A DNA stretch of 64,000 nucleotides from Deinococcota bacterium. GTDB lineage: Bacteria > Deinococcota > Deinococci > Deinococcales > Thermaceae. Location of the stretch: the NCBI GenBank assembly GCA_041695225.1, contig JBGFRI010000014.1:128001-192000 (forward strand), in the 5' to 3' direction. The notes under the pieces are model-generated. The model was not told the origin of the DNA, searched no databases, and saw nothing but the letters and a program-made list of their open reading frames with translations. This document shows positions 10,850 through 21,307 of this stretch, in pieces; positions within the stretch are counted from its first letter, which is position 1, and the number at the start of each line of letters is the position of its first letter. The position numbers were made by a program, and so were the translations under genes.

Positions 10850-11979
10850 AACGTCTCGATAGCTACATTCTTCGCGAGGCCGTGCCGGTCTTTTTGTTTG
10901 GGCTGGCGCTGTATGTGAGCTTTGGGCTGATCAGCAACCTTCTGCCCAGGGCGCAGTATCTGGGCGCCGCCGAACTGAGCGGCGTTCTAAAGTGGCTGGC
11001 CTTGCAGGTGCCTGCTGTCGCGGTGCAGGCTATGCCCATCGCGGGACTGCTCTCAATTATGCTGGCTTTTGGCCGGCTCGCCCGCGAGAACGAACTGCTG
11101 GTGATGCAGGCTGGGGGTATTTCGCTGCTCCGTACCGCCCGGCCGTTTTTGCTGGGTGGGCTCTTGATGAGCGGAGTGTCCCTGGCGCTTTCGGAATGGG
11201 TGGTGCCCTGGGCCAACCGCGAGACCACTCTGGTCTACTGGAACCAGCTGATGCCCGAACGCACCGCCCAGATTCGCCTGGTGGGGCGCGACCTGGCAGT
11301 AGGCGAATTCACCTTGCGCTTCGATGGTTTCGATCTGGCCCAAGACCAGCTGCAGCAGGTGCGCCTCGAGCGCTGGCAAGGTCAGACCATGACCGTGGTT
11401 CTGGCCCAGACCGCCCGACTGCAGGGCCAGGTGATTACCTTTCGGGACTTCAGGGTTTTTACCCTCGACTTTTCCAGGCTGCCCCTTCCCAACTTTGGCA
11501 CGCTAGAAGAGGCCCAGGATGGCCTGCGAGAGTTTTTCCGGGCGCAAAACATTGGACAGCCCGGGGCAGAGCTCGTGGTACGCCTGACGCGCAGCCGCGA
11601 AGACCTCGAGGCCCAGTACGCCGGTGGCGGTTTCCAAACGCCCGTTCCACTTTCAGCCTGGTGGCGCAAATTCCACGATCCCAGCACGCCACCCCACCAG
11701 CAGCGCGAGGCCCTAGCCCAGTGGCATACTGGCATCGCCTTAGCACTGGCCAACCTGATGGTGTTGATTCTGGCCCTGCCTGTCGCGGTGCAACGGGCCA
11801 CCAGCCCCGGTACCGCCCTGGCTTTGGCCCTGGTGTTGACCATCGCCTATTATGTGGCTTTCAGCACCGGCAAGGTACTGGCCCTGACCGGCCCTTTTCC
11901 TCCCGAAGTTGCCGCCTGGGGCGCCAATGTGCTGGGTATGGTAGCAGGGTTCTGGCTAGGTAGAGGCATCTACCGCTAG
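10846..11979 (+). CDS. LptF/LptG-family permease
   Basis: MKRLDSYILRE start, GRLARENELLVMQAGGISL, PEVAAWGANVL; ATGA overlap with upstream gene. Confidence 0.9.
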   Translation: MKRLDSYILREAVPVFLFGLALYVSFGLISNLLPRAQYLGAAELSGVLKWLALQVPAVAVQAMPIAGLLSIMLAFGRLARENELLVMQAGGISLLRTARPFLLGGLLMSGVSLALSEWVVPWANRETTLVYWNQLMPERTAQIRLVGRDLAVGEFTLRFDGFDLAQDQLQQVRLERWQGQTMTVVLAQTARLQGQVITFRDFRVFTLDFSRLPLPNFGTLEEAQDGLREFFRAQNIGQPGAELVVRLTRSREDLEAQYAGGGFQTPVPLSAWWRKFHDPSTPPHQQREALAQWHTGIALALANLMVLILALPVAVQRATSPGTALALALVLTIAYYVAFSTGKVLALTGPFPPEVAAWGANVLGMVAGFWLGRGIYR

Positions 11980-11995
11980 GCGGGAGAGCGTTCTG

Positions 11996-12051
11996 GTGAG
12001 TTTTTCATGAGCTACGCACAGCGGTGGCGACGAAACAGAAGGGAGTTTCTT
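11996..12051 (-). repeat. Dispersed ~60-bp element, inverted copy of the 57619-57680 and 57834-57895 repeats
   Basis: gtgagtttttcatgagct..gtggcgacgaaac..aagggagtttctt. Confidence 0.8.
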
Positions 12052-12227
12052 TGATAATTGGGGAGTTATGAGGCTAAGGCTGTCGAGGGCCGGGTGCCAT
12101 GAACAGCCGGTTGGTTGCACTGGCTCTGATCCGCCGGCCCCCCAGGCTCAAGACAGCAGCGAAAGGTACTTCGGAGAGCGGTGCTGTATCAGCAAACCAA
12201 GATAAGCTAGGAAACAGGTGTTTTCAC

Positions 12228-13364
12228 ATGGTGCCAATTCTTGATCTAAAGCGCGAGTACTTAGAGCTAAAAAACGAGATAGATGCTGCGGTGGGGCGTG
12301 TGCTGAGCTCCGGGGGGTTTGTGGGTGGCCCGGAGATCACGGCCCTGGAAACCGAGCTTTCGGCGTATCTGAATGCGCCTCATGTGGTGACCTGCGGTTC
12401 CGGTACCGATGCCCTGTTTATTGCCCTGCGGGCCATGGGCATTGGGCCGGGGGATGAGGTGATCACCAGCCCTTTCACCTTTATCGCTACCCTCGAGGCC
12501 ATCCAGCACGCGGGGGCGAGGCCGGTTCTGGTAGACATTGATCCCCAGACCTATAACCTTTGCCCGGCCCTGCTAGAAGCTGCCCTCACGCCGCGCACCA
12601 GGGCTATTCTGCCGGTGCATCTGTACGGGCAGGTTGCGCCAATGGGCGAGATACTGGCCTTCGCGCAAAAGCACGGTCTGAAGGTTCTGGAAGACGCCGC
12701 CCAGGCCATCGGAGCACGGTACTGTGCCACCGGCTGCAAGCACCCGCTGGCCCGGGCCTCTGACTACCCACACCTCCAGGCCGGAACCATCGGCGAGGCA
12801 GGGGCCTTTAGCTTCTATCCCACCAAAAACCTGGGCGCTTACGGCGATGCTGGCTTTATTGCTACGCATAGCGAGCAAATTGCCGAAGAGTCGCGCCTGC
12901 TAGCCGCCCACGGCTCCAGGGTGCGGTATCACCATGTGCGGCCCGCGGGCTACACCTCGAGGCTCGATGCGCTACAGGCTGCCATCCTGCGGGTCAAACT
13001 ACCCCACCTGGAAGCCTGGAACACCCGCCGCCGCCAGATTGCCCAGGCATACAACCAGGGCCTTAAAAACCAGGTGCAGACCCCCTGCGAAATGCCCTAT
13101 GCACTCCACATCTATCACCAGTACACGGTGCGCCACCCCGAGCGCGACCGGCTGGCTGCCCACCTGAAAGAAAACGGTATTGGCAGCAGTGTCCATTACC
13201 CGGTTCCGGCCCACCTGCAGCCGGCCTACCGCGACCTGTCCCCAGCAGGCGCCTTCCCAGCCGCCGAAGCCGCCTCCCGCGAGGTGTTGAGCCTGCCCAT
13301 GCACCCTTTTTTGCAGGATGAACAGGTGGAGGCAGTAATTAAAGCCGTGCAGAGCTTTGCCTGA
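12228..13364 (+). CDS. DegT/DnrJ/EryC1/StrS aminotransferase (GnnB-like candidate)
   Basis: SGTDAL, EDAAQAIGA, FSFYPTKNLGAYGDAG, SRLDALQAAIL. Confidence 0.92.
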   Translation: MVPILDLKREYLELKNEIDAAVGRVLSSGGFVGGPEITALETELSAYLNAPHVVTCGSGTDALFIALRAMGIGPGDEVITSPFTFIATLEAIQHAGARPVLVDIDPQTYNLCPALLEAALTPRTRAILPVHLYGQVAPMGEILAFAQKHGLKVLEDAAQAIGARYCATGCKHPLARASDYPHLQAGTIGEAGAFSFYPTKNLGAYGDAGFIATHSEQIAEESRLLAAHGSRVRYHHVRPAGYTSRLDALQAAILRVKLPHLEAWNTRRRQIAQAYNQGLKNQVQTPCEMPYALHIYHQYTVRHPERDRLAAHLKENGIGSSVHYPVPAHLQPAYRDLSPAGAFPAAEAASREVLSLPMHPFLQDEQVEAVIKAVQSFA

Positions 13365-13501
13365 AGCCACACTAGCCACCAGGTCGTGCGCCTAGCGCAT
13401 GGAGCAGTGGAGCAGGTGATACAGTGGTCGAGGATTTGGAGTGATTAACCGATACTCGCTGTGCGAGTAACCCAGCCCGACTCGGTTTATACTGATCTGC
13501 T

Positions 13502-15658
13502 ATGTGGGAGAATCCTTTGCTACAGATTCGCTACGATATACCATTTGCTGAAATTCAGCCCCAACACATCGAGCCTGCCATCCAGACCCTGCTGGCCCGC
13601 GCAGAAGATGAGTTACAGGCCATTCTGAGGGTAGAGGGGCCGCGCACACAGGCCAACACCCTCCTGCCCCTGGACCGGCTGGGCGAAACCCTTAACTATG
13701 CCTATACGCTGGTAGCCCACCTCGAGAGCGTGGTCTCTACCCCCGAACTTCGCGCAGCTTACAATGCCATCATCCCCCCCATAACCGCCTTTAGCACCCG
13801 GGTGCAGATTTCCGCCGAGCTTTACCAGGCCCTGCAGGAGTTTGCCGCTACCCCAGAGGCCACGCAGCTCTCCGCTGACTGGGCACGCTTTTTAAAGATA
13901 CGCTTAGACGAGTTCCGCCGCCAGGGCGCCGACCTTCCACCCGACAAAAAAGCCCGCCTCGAGGCCCTCAATACCCGCCTTTCGGAGATCACCACTCAGT
14001 TCGAGCAGAACGTTACCGACTCCACCGCCGACTGGGAGCTTTATCTGGACCAGGCCCAGGTGACGGGCCTGCCCCCGAGCGCCCTCGAGGCCGCCCAAGC
14101 CAGCGCCCGTTCCAGGGAGCGCGAGGGCTACCGCTTCACCCTGCAACAGCCCAGCTTCGTGGCCCTGCAAACCTACCTCGACAACCACGAGATTCGCAGA
14201 CAGGTCTACCTGGCCTACCACACCCGCGCCACCGAAACAGAGCGCGACAACCGCCCCCTGATTGACGAGATACTGGCCCTGCGCCGCGAGAAAGCGGCGC
14301 TGCTGGGCTATGCCAATTTTGCCGACTACGTGTTGGAAAACCGCATGGCCGGCAAGGCCGAAACCGCCCTGCGTTTTGAGCAGGATTTACGCCAGGCCTA
14401 CGAGCCCCACTTCCATCGGGAGATCGAGGCCCTGCAAGCCTTCCGCCGGGAGTCAGGGGGACGATCCCCTTCGGGACGGGCAGCAGCCCGTGCACCAGGG
14501 GGACGATCCCCTTCGGGACGGGCAGCAGCCCGTGCACCAGAAGGCCCCCAGGCCCCACCACTAGAACCCTGGGATGTCGCCTATTACGCCGAGAAGCGGC
14601 GCAAAGCCCTCTACGACTTCGACCAGGAAGAGCTGCGCCCCTACTTTGCCCTGCCCCAGGTGCTGGCCGGGCTGTTTGAAATCTGTCGCCGGGTGTTTGG
14701 CCTTCAGGTGCTCGAGGTCCCAGGTGTCCAGACCTGGCACCCCGACGTCCAGACCTACGAGATTTATCGGGATAATGAGCGCACAGACTCGATGACGAAG
14801 TGGCCAGGGACCGGGAGGGATCAACCGATTTGCCGCTTCTTCACCGACTGGCACCCCCGCGAAAACAAACGCGGCGGGGCCTGGATGAACTCCCTTATCC
14901 GCGGCGCACGCAACGGCGAGACCACCGAACCCCACCTGGGACTGATGTGCGGCAACCTGACCCCCCCTGTTGGCGACAGACCCGCCCTCCTCACCCACCG
15001 CGAGGTCGAGACCATCTTCCACGAGTTTGGGCATCTTCTGCACCTGGCTCTTTCCAGCGTCGAAGCCCGCAGCCTGGCCGGCACCCAGGTAGCCCGCGAC
15101 TTTGTCGAGCTACCCAGCCAGATCATGGAAAACTGGTGCTGGGAGCGCGAGGCCCTGGACCTGTTTGCCCGCCACTACCAGACCCAAGAGCCCATTCCAG
15201 ATCTGCTTTTTGAAAAGCTCACCCGGGCCAAAAACTACTGGGCCGCCAACCTGGGTATGCGCCAGCTGTCCTTTGGCATGCTCGATCTGTCGCTGCACGT
15301 CCACTACGCCCCCACCGATGGCGAGGTGGTGAGCTATGCCCGCCAGGTCATGCAGCCCTTTGCGCCTGCTCCACTGCCCGAGGAGTATGCTTTTGTGGCC
15401 GGGTTTTCCCACCTTTTTGGCCACCCCGTAGGCTATGCGGCTGGCTACTACTCCTACAAGTGGTCAGAGGTGCTAGACGCCGATGCCTTCTCGCGCTTTA
15501 AGGCCGAGGGCATCTTCAACCGCCAGACCGGCCAGGACTTCATCACCCACATCCTCAGCAAGGGCAACTCACGAGAGCCCGCCGAACTCTTCCGCCGCTT
15601 CCTGGGCCGCGACCCCGACCCCAGGGCCCTGCTGGCCCGTTCGGGCTTGCTGGACTGA
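13502..15658 (+). CDS. prlC: Oligopeptidase A (M3 metallopeptidase)
   Basis: [45 protein letters not shown]. Confidence 0.93.
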   Translation: MWENPLLQIRYDIPFAEIQPQHIEPAIQTLLARAEDELQAILRVEGPRTQANTLLPLDRLGETLNYAYTLVAHLESVVSTPELRAAYNAIIPPITAFSTRVQISAELYQALQEFAATPEATQLSADWARFLKIRLDEFRRQGADLPPDKKARLEALNTRLSEITTQFEQNVTDSTADWELYLDQAQVTGLPPSALEAAQASARSREREGYRFTLQQPSFVALQTYLDNHEIRRQVYLAYHTRATETERDNRPLIDEILALRREKAALLGYANFADYVLENRMAGKAETALRFEQDLRQAYEPHFHREIEALQAFRRESGGRSPSGRAAARAPGGRSPSGRAAARAPEGPQAPPLEPWDVAYYAEKRRKALYDFDQEELRPYFALPQVLAGLFEICRRVFGLQVLEVPGVQTWHPDVQTYEIYRDNERTDSMTKWPGTGRDQPICRFFTDWHPRENKRGGAWMNSLIRGARNGETTEPHLGLMCGNLTPPVGDRPALLTHREVETIFHEFGHLLHLALSSVEARSLAGTQVARDFVELPSQIMENWCWEREALDLFARHYQTQEPIPDLLFEKLTRAKNYWAANLGMRQLSFGMLDLSLHVHYAPTDGEVVSYARQVMQPFAPAPLPEEYAFVAGFSHLFGHPVGYAAGYYSYKWSEVLDADAFSRFKAEGIFNRQTGQDFITHILSKGNSREPAELFRRFLGRDPDPRALLARSGLLD
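14454..14540 (-). repeat. Two tandem copies of the 42-bp element, in frame in oligopeptidase A
   Basis: (cagggggacgatccccttcgggacgggcagcagcccgtgcac)x2 followed by cag. Confidence 0.95.
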
Positions 15659-15915
15659 AAGACAGGAGAAAAGAATCTGCCCTGCCATCAAGTTGACTAA
15701 GCAAAGGCGCGTCTGATTATGCCTTCGAGAGACTCAGCACCAGCACCCCGCTGTGCCTCGAGGCACGAGTTGGGCGATCACTTACGCCCGAAGAATGTTG
15801 GCGTTGGCTGTTGCGGGTTTCTCTCAGTCAGGGGCGTAAGTGTGGCAAGGGCCTTGTGCCGGTAATAGCAGACGAAACCAGATGGGCTGTCGCCCTCTCT
15901 CCATAACGCACTCAC

Positions 15916-17514
15916 TCAGGCCTGGGGGGTAGTGGTGGGAGTTTTTTCGTCGGCGGTGTTGTGCAGGTGAGCCCGCTCGATCAGGCCTTTCTCCCAGCCC
16001 AGGTAGTACTGCTTGACCGAGTCCGAGGCAGTGTCCTCGGTGAGGTACTTCACATTGGAATATAGCGAGGCCCGGTAGTCGCGCACCTTGCCACCCCGCA
16101 GGGCCTCAATCACCTGCTGGATGCCCTTTTCTACCGTCCACTGCGGCACAAAACCCAGCATGTTGCGAATCTTGGAGAAGTCGACGCGGTAGTTCCGGCG
16201 GTCGCCGTCGCGGCCAGAGTCAATCAGCTCGGCATCGGGAACCAGTTTCTTGACCAGCTCACCCACCATGCCCAGGGTCATGTTGCCCTCGTTGCCCCCA
16301 ACATTGAAGGTCTGGTTGTGAACAAGCTCCTTGGGCGCCTCGGTAGCCAGCATTACCGCCAGCGAGGCATCGTCCACGTGGACAAAAGGCCGCCACTGGT
16401 CGCCGCCAAACACGGTGATCTTTTTCTCCACAATGGCCTTGGCAGTGAGCAGGTTGACCACCAGGTCGAAGCGGGTCCGGCCCGAGAGGCCGAAGATGGT
16501 GCCAAAGCGCAGGATTACCACCGAGAAATCGTCGCTCTGGAGCTTGTTCAGCACCTGCTCGGAGGCAATTTTGCTGCGGGCGTAGAGCGAGACCGGGTTA
16601 AGGCTGCTACGCTCGTTGAGCACCATATCGCTGGCCCCATAGACCGAGCAGGTACTGGCAAAAATAAAGCGCTTGACGTGCATACCCTTGGCAATCTCGG
16701 CGATGGTGCGGGTAGCCACTAGGTTGATCTCGGTGGTGAGGTTTTCGTCCAGCGCGCAGGCCGGGTCACCCACCAGGCCGCCCAAATGTACCACCGTGTC
16801 CACCCCGCGCATGGCCTCCACCACTTTGTCTACCTGGCGAAAGTCGGCCTGGATGATCTCTAAATTGGGGTGGTGTATAACGTGGGCAATGGGCTCCTTG
16901 CCGAACATCAGCAGGTCGAGCAGGCGCACCGTATAGCCACGCTCGAGCAGACGGGGCAGCAGACCCGAGCCGATATAGCCCGCCCCGCCAATCACCAGGA
17001 TGATGCGGTGGTTGGTGCGCAGGTAGGGGGCGGGCCTGTCTTTGCTCTCGGCTTTGGCCTTGCGCTCGAGCTCAACAAGAGACCAGTAGTGAACCCAGGC
17101 GCGGGCGCCCAGGGTAAGGGCCAGGGTGAAGAGGAAGCCCAAAAACACCACCAGGCTGGGTGGGTTGGTCGCGACCGGAAGCATGAAAACGGTAAAGCCA
17201 TATAACAGATAAGCCAGGGCCACCGCCTGGGCCACTACCAGCATCTTATAGCGGCCCCGGTATGCCCGGCCACTGGTATAAAAGCCGCTGGCGGCAAAAG
17301 TGGCAAAGCTAATCAGCAGCAGAATCCAGATATTCTCAGCGTACATTTGCGCATACAGGCCCAACAGGTTAGGGCTGGCCACCGCCCCGTTGTAGGCCAG
17401 AAGCAAATGAACCACCACTGCCGCAGCGAAGCTTCCCGCTGTCATCAACTGGTCGGCCAGCACCCGCAGCACTACATCGGGGCTAAAGCGCAATTCTCTT
17501 AGGTGCTGAATCAT
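15916..17514 (-). CDS. Membrane-anchored NAD-dependent sugar epimerase/dehydratase
   Basis: About 4 N-terminal TM helices, then GGAGYIG, STCSVYG, YARSK SDR motifs. Confidence 0.88.
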   Translation of the reverse strand: MIQHLRELRFSPDVVLRVLADQLMTAGSFAAAVVVHLLLAYNGAVASPNLLGLYAQMYAENIWILLLISFATFAASGFYTSGRAYRGRYKMLVVAQAVALAYLLYGFTVFMLPVATNPPSLVVFLGFLFTLALTLGARAWVHYWSLVELERKAKAESKDRPAPYLRTNHRIILVIGGAGYIGSGLLPRLLERGYTVRLLDLLMFGKEPIAHVIHHPNLEIIQADFRQVDKVVEAMRGVDTVVHLGGLVGDPACALDENLTTEINLVATRTIAEIAKGMHVKRFIFASTCSVYGASDMVLNERSSLNPVSLYARSKIASEQVLNKLQSDDFSVVILRFGTIFGLSGRTRFDLVVNLLTAKAIVEKKITVFGGDQWRPFVHVDDASLAVMLATEAPKELVHNQTFNVGGNEGNMTLGMVGELVKKLVPDAELIDSGRDGDRRNYRVDFSKIRNMLGFVPQWTVEKGIQQVIEALRGGKVRDYRASLYSNVKYLTEDTASDSVKQYYLGWEKGLIERAHLHNTADEKTPTTTPQA

Positions 17515-17534
17515 CCCGACTCCTCTGGCGCGCC

Positions 17535-18725
17535 TTAGCGCGAAGCCTCTTGCATCACCTGCTCGACCACATCTCCAGCGGCTTTTAGCTGCTCCATTCG
17601 CAGGGTGGGATGCACCAAAAACATCAGCGAGGTCTCACCCAGTTCCTGGGCTACCGGCAGGCGCTCAGCAGGCTGCCAACCCCGGCGGATAAAAGCCTGC
17701 TCGAGGTAGATCTCACTACAACTTCCGCTAAAGCAGGGAATACCCGCGTCGCTTACCGCCTGCATAATGCGATCCCGGCTCCAACCCGGCCTGAGCAGTT
17801 CGGGGCGCAGGTAGAGGTAGTATTTGTAATAGGCGTGGTACAGGTGAGAGGGTACTTCGGGCACCCGCAAGGCCGGAATCTGGCCCAGGCGCTCGCTCAG
17901 GTAGTGGGCATGCAGGCGCCGCTTGTGTATCCAGCCGTCCAGCTTGGGCAGAATCACCCGCCCAATGGCCGACTGCACTTCCAGCATTCGCCAGTTAGTG
18001 CCGAAATCTTCGTGTAGCCAGCGGAAGCCCGGAGGGTGCTGGCGGTTGTAGACCGCATCGTAGCTCTTGCCATGATCCTTGAAGCTCCAGGCCTTGCTCC
18101 ACAGCTCGTCGTCGTTCAGGGTTAGCATTCCACCCTCGCCGCCAGTGGTCAGGATCTTGTCCTGGCAAAAAGACCAGGCCCCGGCGTGGCCGATAGAGCC
18201 TACACTCCTGCCCTTGTACCTTGCGCCGTGAGCCTGGGCGCAGTCTTCAATAACCCACAGGTTGTGCTTGCGGGCCAGCTCCATAATGGGGTCCATCTCG
18301 GCAGGCCAGCCTGCCAGGTGCACCACGATAATGGCCCTGGTGCGGGGAGTAATGGCTTTCTCTATGGTGCTGGCGGTTATCAGGCCGCTCTCGCGGTCCA
18401 CCTCGGCCATAATGGGCCTGGCCCCACGCATCACGGCCGCGCTGGCCGAGGCAATGAAGGTACGCGGGGTGGTGATTACTTCGTCGCCATCCCCAACCCC
18501 CATGGCATACAGCGCGAGTTCGATGGCTACCGTGCCGTTGTGCAGGGCGATGGCATGTTTAGTCCCCACGTATTGGGCAAATTCACGCTCGAAAAGACGG
18601 CCTTCCTGGCCGGTCCAGTAATTCACCTTGCCGGATTGAAGCACCCTCACCGCGGCTTCAATCTCGTCGGGCTCAAAGTGGGGCCACGGAGCAAAGGGCG
18701 TGTTAATAACGGGATTTTTCAACAT
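17535..18725 (-). CDS. DegT-family aminotransferase, Neisseria PglC-like
   Basis: KVNYWTG, WSFCQDKILTTGGEGG, KDHGKSYDAVY, GFRWLHE, GSCSEIYLE, SLMFLVHPTL. Confidence 0.9.
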   Translation of the reverse strand: MLKNPVINTPFAPWPHFEPDEIEAAVRVLQSGKVNYWTGQEGRLFEREFAQYVGTKHAIALHNGTVAIELALYAMGVGDGDEVITTPRTFIASASAAVMRGARPIMAEVDRESGLITASTIEKAITPRTRAIIVVHLAGWPAEMDPIMELARKHNLWVIEDCAQAHGARYKGRSVGSIGHAGAWSFCQDKILTTGGEGGMLTLNDDELWSKAWSFKDHGKSYDAVYNRQHPPGFRWLHEDFGTNWRMLEVQSAIGRVILPKLDGWIHKRRLHAHYLSERLGQIPALRVPEVPSHLYHAYYKYYLYLRPELLRPGWSRDRIMQAVSDAGIPCFSGSCSEIYLEQAFIRRGWQPAERLPVAQELGETSLMFLVHPTLRMEQLKAAGDVVEQVMQEASR

Positions 18726-19194
18726 CAGAGCGCTCCTTCATAAATCGGAGACATTCATCTCCAGGGCTATGCTAGAAAGGGTAGACGAACAGGCGTTATG
18801 ACTGCGTTATTCGCCAGAAAGAGCGATGCCCAGCCGCTTTGTCGTCTTCGTTACGCATGCTTGTGAAGCTTTTTCACGCCGCAACCCAGTGGTAACGTGC
18901 TCAATAACGAGGCTCGAGTTGCGAACAACACCAATGAGCCCTGGGGAATCTCCTCGATCTTCCGTTCCGCAGGGGCAGGTATTCATTTCAGGGTGTGGGG
19001 ACCGTTGTTTTTAAACCACTTGTAGACTTGCGTTACAGACTAACCGGTTATCTATCCCCTACCTGGAAAAGGTTTGACTTTTCGGCAGGCTGGTGCGGGC
19101 GAACATACCGCCAGGCCGGAGTCACATCTCTGCGCGGCATTTGCAGCAAGATCGGCACAAAGGCAACGACAACGCTATGGTGATGAACCTGGTC

Positions 19195-20139
19195 TTAGAG
19201 TGAACCCAGCCGATAAGCCGACCAGAACAAGAACACTGTTAGCAAGAGCATCAAAGCGACGCCAACCCACAAAACCCCGTTGCTCGCGATCAGGCCCACC
19301 GTGACCAGAACGGCAGTAACCACCCAGACCACCAGGACAGTCTTGGCGGGGTTGCGCACATAGAGCTGATCCAGCCGGTCGTAGGTATGGTCGCGGTCGC
19401 CGTCGAAAATAGGCTTGCCGCGTCGCCAGCGGCGGATGATGCCTGCGGCCATGTCGTAAATCGGGAAGCTGACCATAAACCCTGCTGCCAGGAAGGCAGT
19501 CGGGCCATGGGTTGCCGCCAGCATGAGCAACATGGCAAGCATATAGCCAACAGACAGACTGCCACAGTCGCCCATGAAGGTTCTGGCCCTGGGATAATTC
19601 CACACCAGAAAACCTGCCAGACTACCCACCACAACCATAGCCAGTATGGCCTCTTGCTGTACTGCCCAGAACATCGCCCCCAGGCCCGCTGCCGAGATCA
19701 AGGCATTGCCTGAAGCCAGGCCATTCATACCGTCAATAAGGTTGATGGCGTTGGACATGACTGGTACCAGCACAAGCCCCAGCACCAGGCCAACCACTCC
19801 CAGTTCGGTAAAAAAGTGTACTCCCAGGGCCATACCGGCCACCAACTCGGCTGCCAGCCGCACCCTTGGCGAGAGGCCGTACCGGTCATCGAGTGCGCCG
19901 GTAGTGGCAATAATCAGCAGACCCAGCCAGGCCCAGCCAGACAGGGCGCCGGTGTACCAGCCCCATATGGCGATGGTTGCAACAATGCCAATCCCACCAA
20001 AGCGCGGCACTGGTAAGGTATGAATCTTGATCGCACCAGGCCAGTCTACAAGGCCCAGCGCCCTGGCCAGTGGGATGGACAACCCCACCAGCAGTACGGC
20101 TGTGAAAAATGTGAAAAGCAACCACCAACAGTCCAACAC
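19195..20139 (-). CDS. WecA/MraY-like undecaprenyl-phosphate GlcNAc-1-P transferase
   Basis: Multi-TM; GALDDR, NAINLIDGMNGL, FMGDCGS, DRDH motifs. Confidence 0.9.
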   Translation of the reverse strand: MLDCWWLLFTFFTAVLLVGLSIPLARALGLVDWPGAIKIHTLPVPRFGGIGIVATIAIWGWYTGALSGWAWLGLLIIATTGALDDRYGLSPRVRLAAELVAGMALGVHFFTELGVVGLVLGLVLVPVMSNAINLIDGMNGLASGNALISAAGLGAMFWAVQQEAILAMVVVGSLAGFLVWNYPRARTFMGDCGSLSVGYMLAMLLMLAATHGPTAFLAAGFMVSFPIYDMAAGIIRRWRRGKPIFDGDRDHTYDRLDQLYVRNPAKTVLVVWVVTAVLVTVGLIASNGVLWVGVALMLLLTVFLFWSAYRLGSL

Positions 20140-20149
20140 ACGTCCTCCC

Positions 20150-21307
20150 CTAAGCAGAATTTGGCGCCATCAGCCTTTGACCCAGTGCCCGGGCATAGAG
20201 CTCCTGGTGCAGGCCCAGAAGGTTCCGCAGGTCATAGGCTTTGACCCGCTCTGACCCCAGGCGGCCCATTTCCTGGCTGGGCTGGGGGTTATCTAACACC
20301 CAGCGCATGGCCCTGGCCAGAGCATCCACGTCTCTTACCCGGTGGAGCAGGCCGGCCCCACCTTGCAGCAGCTCGCGGACTCCCCGCACATCCGCTCCAA
20401 TTACCGGAACCCCCAGGCAGAACGACTCCATAACCGCCCTGGGGAGACCTTCCTGCTCGGAGGGAAGTAAGGTAGCCAGCGAACCCTGGATTAGGGTGGG
20501 AATGTCGTTACGGAAGCCCAGAAAGTGTACCCGGGGGGCAATGCCGAGTTTTTCAGCCAGGGCCTGCATCTCTTGCAGCAACACGCCCTGGCCGGCCAGT
20601 ACCAGATGGGCAGGGGTATCGCTCAGCCGGGCAAAGGCCAGCAAGGCATCGCGGTGGCGCTTGCGAGGGATGAACTCGGCAATCATCAGGAAGTAGGGCT
20701 GCTCTGGGCCCAGCCCCAGGTATCCCCGAAGCTGGGCTACCTGCTCAGCGGTAACCCGGCGCCTGGAGTAAAAGTCCAGGTCTACCCCAATTCCCGGCAT
20801 GTAGACCGTGCGCCCTGGCCCCACCAGCCGGTGGGCAGCCCGGCGGTCCGACTCGTTCATAACCACCAGGTAGTCGGTGTAGCGCGCAGCCAGCCACTCC
20901 AGACCATAGAACAGCGCGTTTTTCACGGGGTGGCCGTGGGGGTGAAAGTGAAAACCGTGGGCGGTGTAGACCAGTCTGCCCCGGCCCAGAGCCTGCCAGG
21001 AACGCAAGGCCAGCCGCGTTGCAAAGGCTGCTACCGGGGTGTGGACGTGTACGATATCGTAGTCTTCTTGCTCGACCAACTTGCGCAGCTCGCGCATTCC
21101 CTGCCACAGTTTGCGCGGGTCCTTAGCGTTGCGCGAGAAGCCTACCTCGAAGAGCCGGTCAAAGACTGCCCTGGACTGCTCGCACTCCGTCGCTCCGGCA
21201 GCGGCGCCGTCAACCTGCCAGCCCAGCGAACGAAAGTGCCGGGCATAGGGCAGCAGAAACTCGGTGAAAAATAAAGAGGTGGTTGCAACGATAAGCAGCT
21301 TGGACAT
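20150..21307 (-). CDS. Glycosyltransferase family 4
   Basis: HVHTP, YTAHGFHF, EGLPRAVMES. Confidence 0.92.
   Translation of the reverse strand: MSKLLIVATTSLFFTEFLLPYARHFRSLGWQVDGAAAGATECEQSRAVFDRLFEVGFSRNAKDPRKLWQGMRELRKLVEQEDYDIVHVHTPVAAFATRLALRSWQALGRGRLVYTAHGFHFHPHGHPVKNALFYGLEWLAARYTDYLVVMNESDRRAAHRLVGPGRTVYMPGIGVDLDFYSRRRVTAEQVAQLRGYLGLGPEQPYFLMIAEFIPRKRHRDALLAFARLSDTPAHLVLAGQGVLLQEMQALAEKLGIAPRVHFLGFRNDIPTLIQGSLATLLPSEQEGLPRAVMESFCLGVPVIGADVRGVRELLQGGAGLLHRVRDVDALARAMRWVLDNPQPSQEMGRLGSERVKAYDLRNLLGLHQELYARALGQRLMAPNSA

Noticed and set aside
10992..11963. Long alternative-frame ORF (323 aa), and 21457-22647
   Set aside because: GC-rich shadow frames of well-supported genes with no recognisable motifs.
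18740..19190. Gene or pseudogene in the glycan-cluster gap
   Set aside because: Only short antisense ORFs with no homology recognisable by eye.
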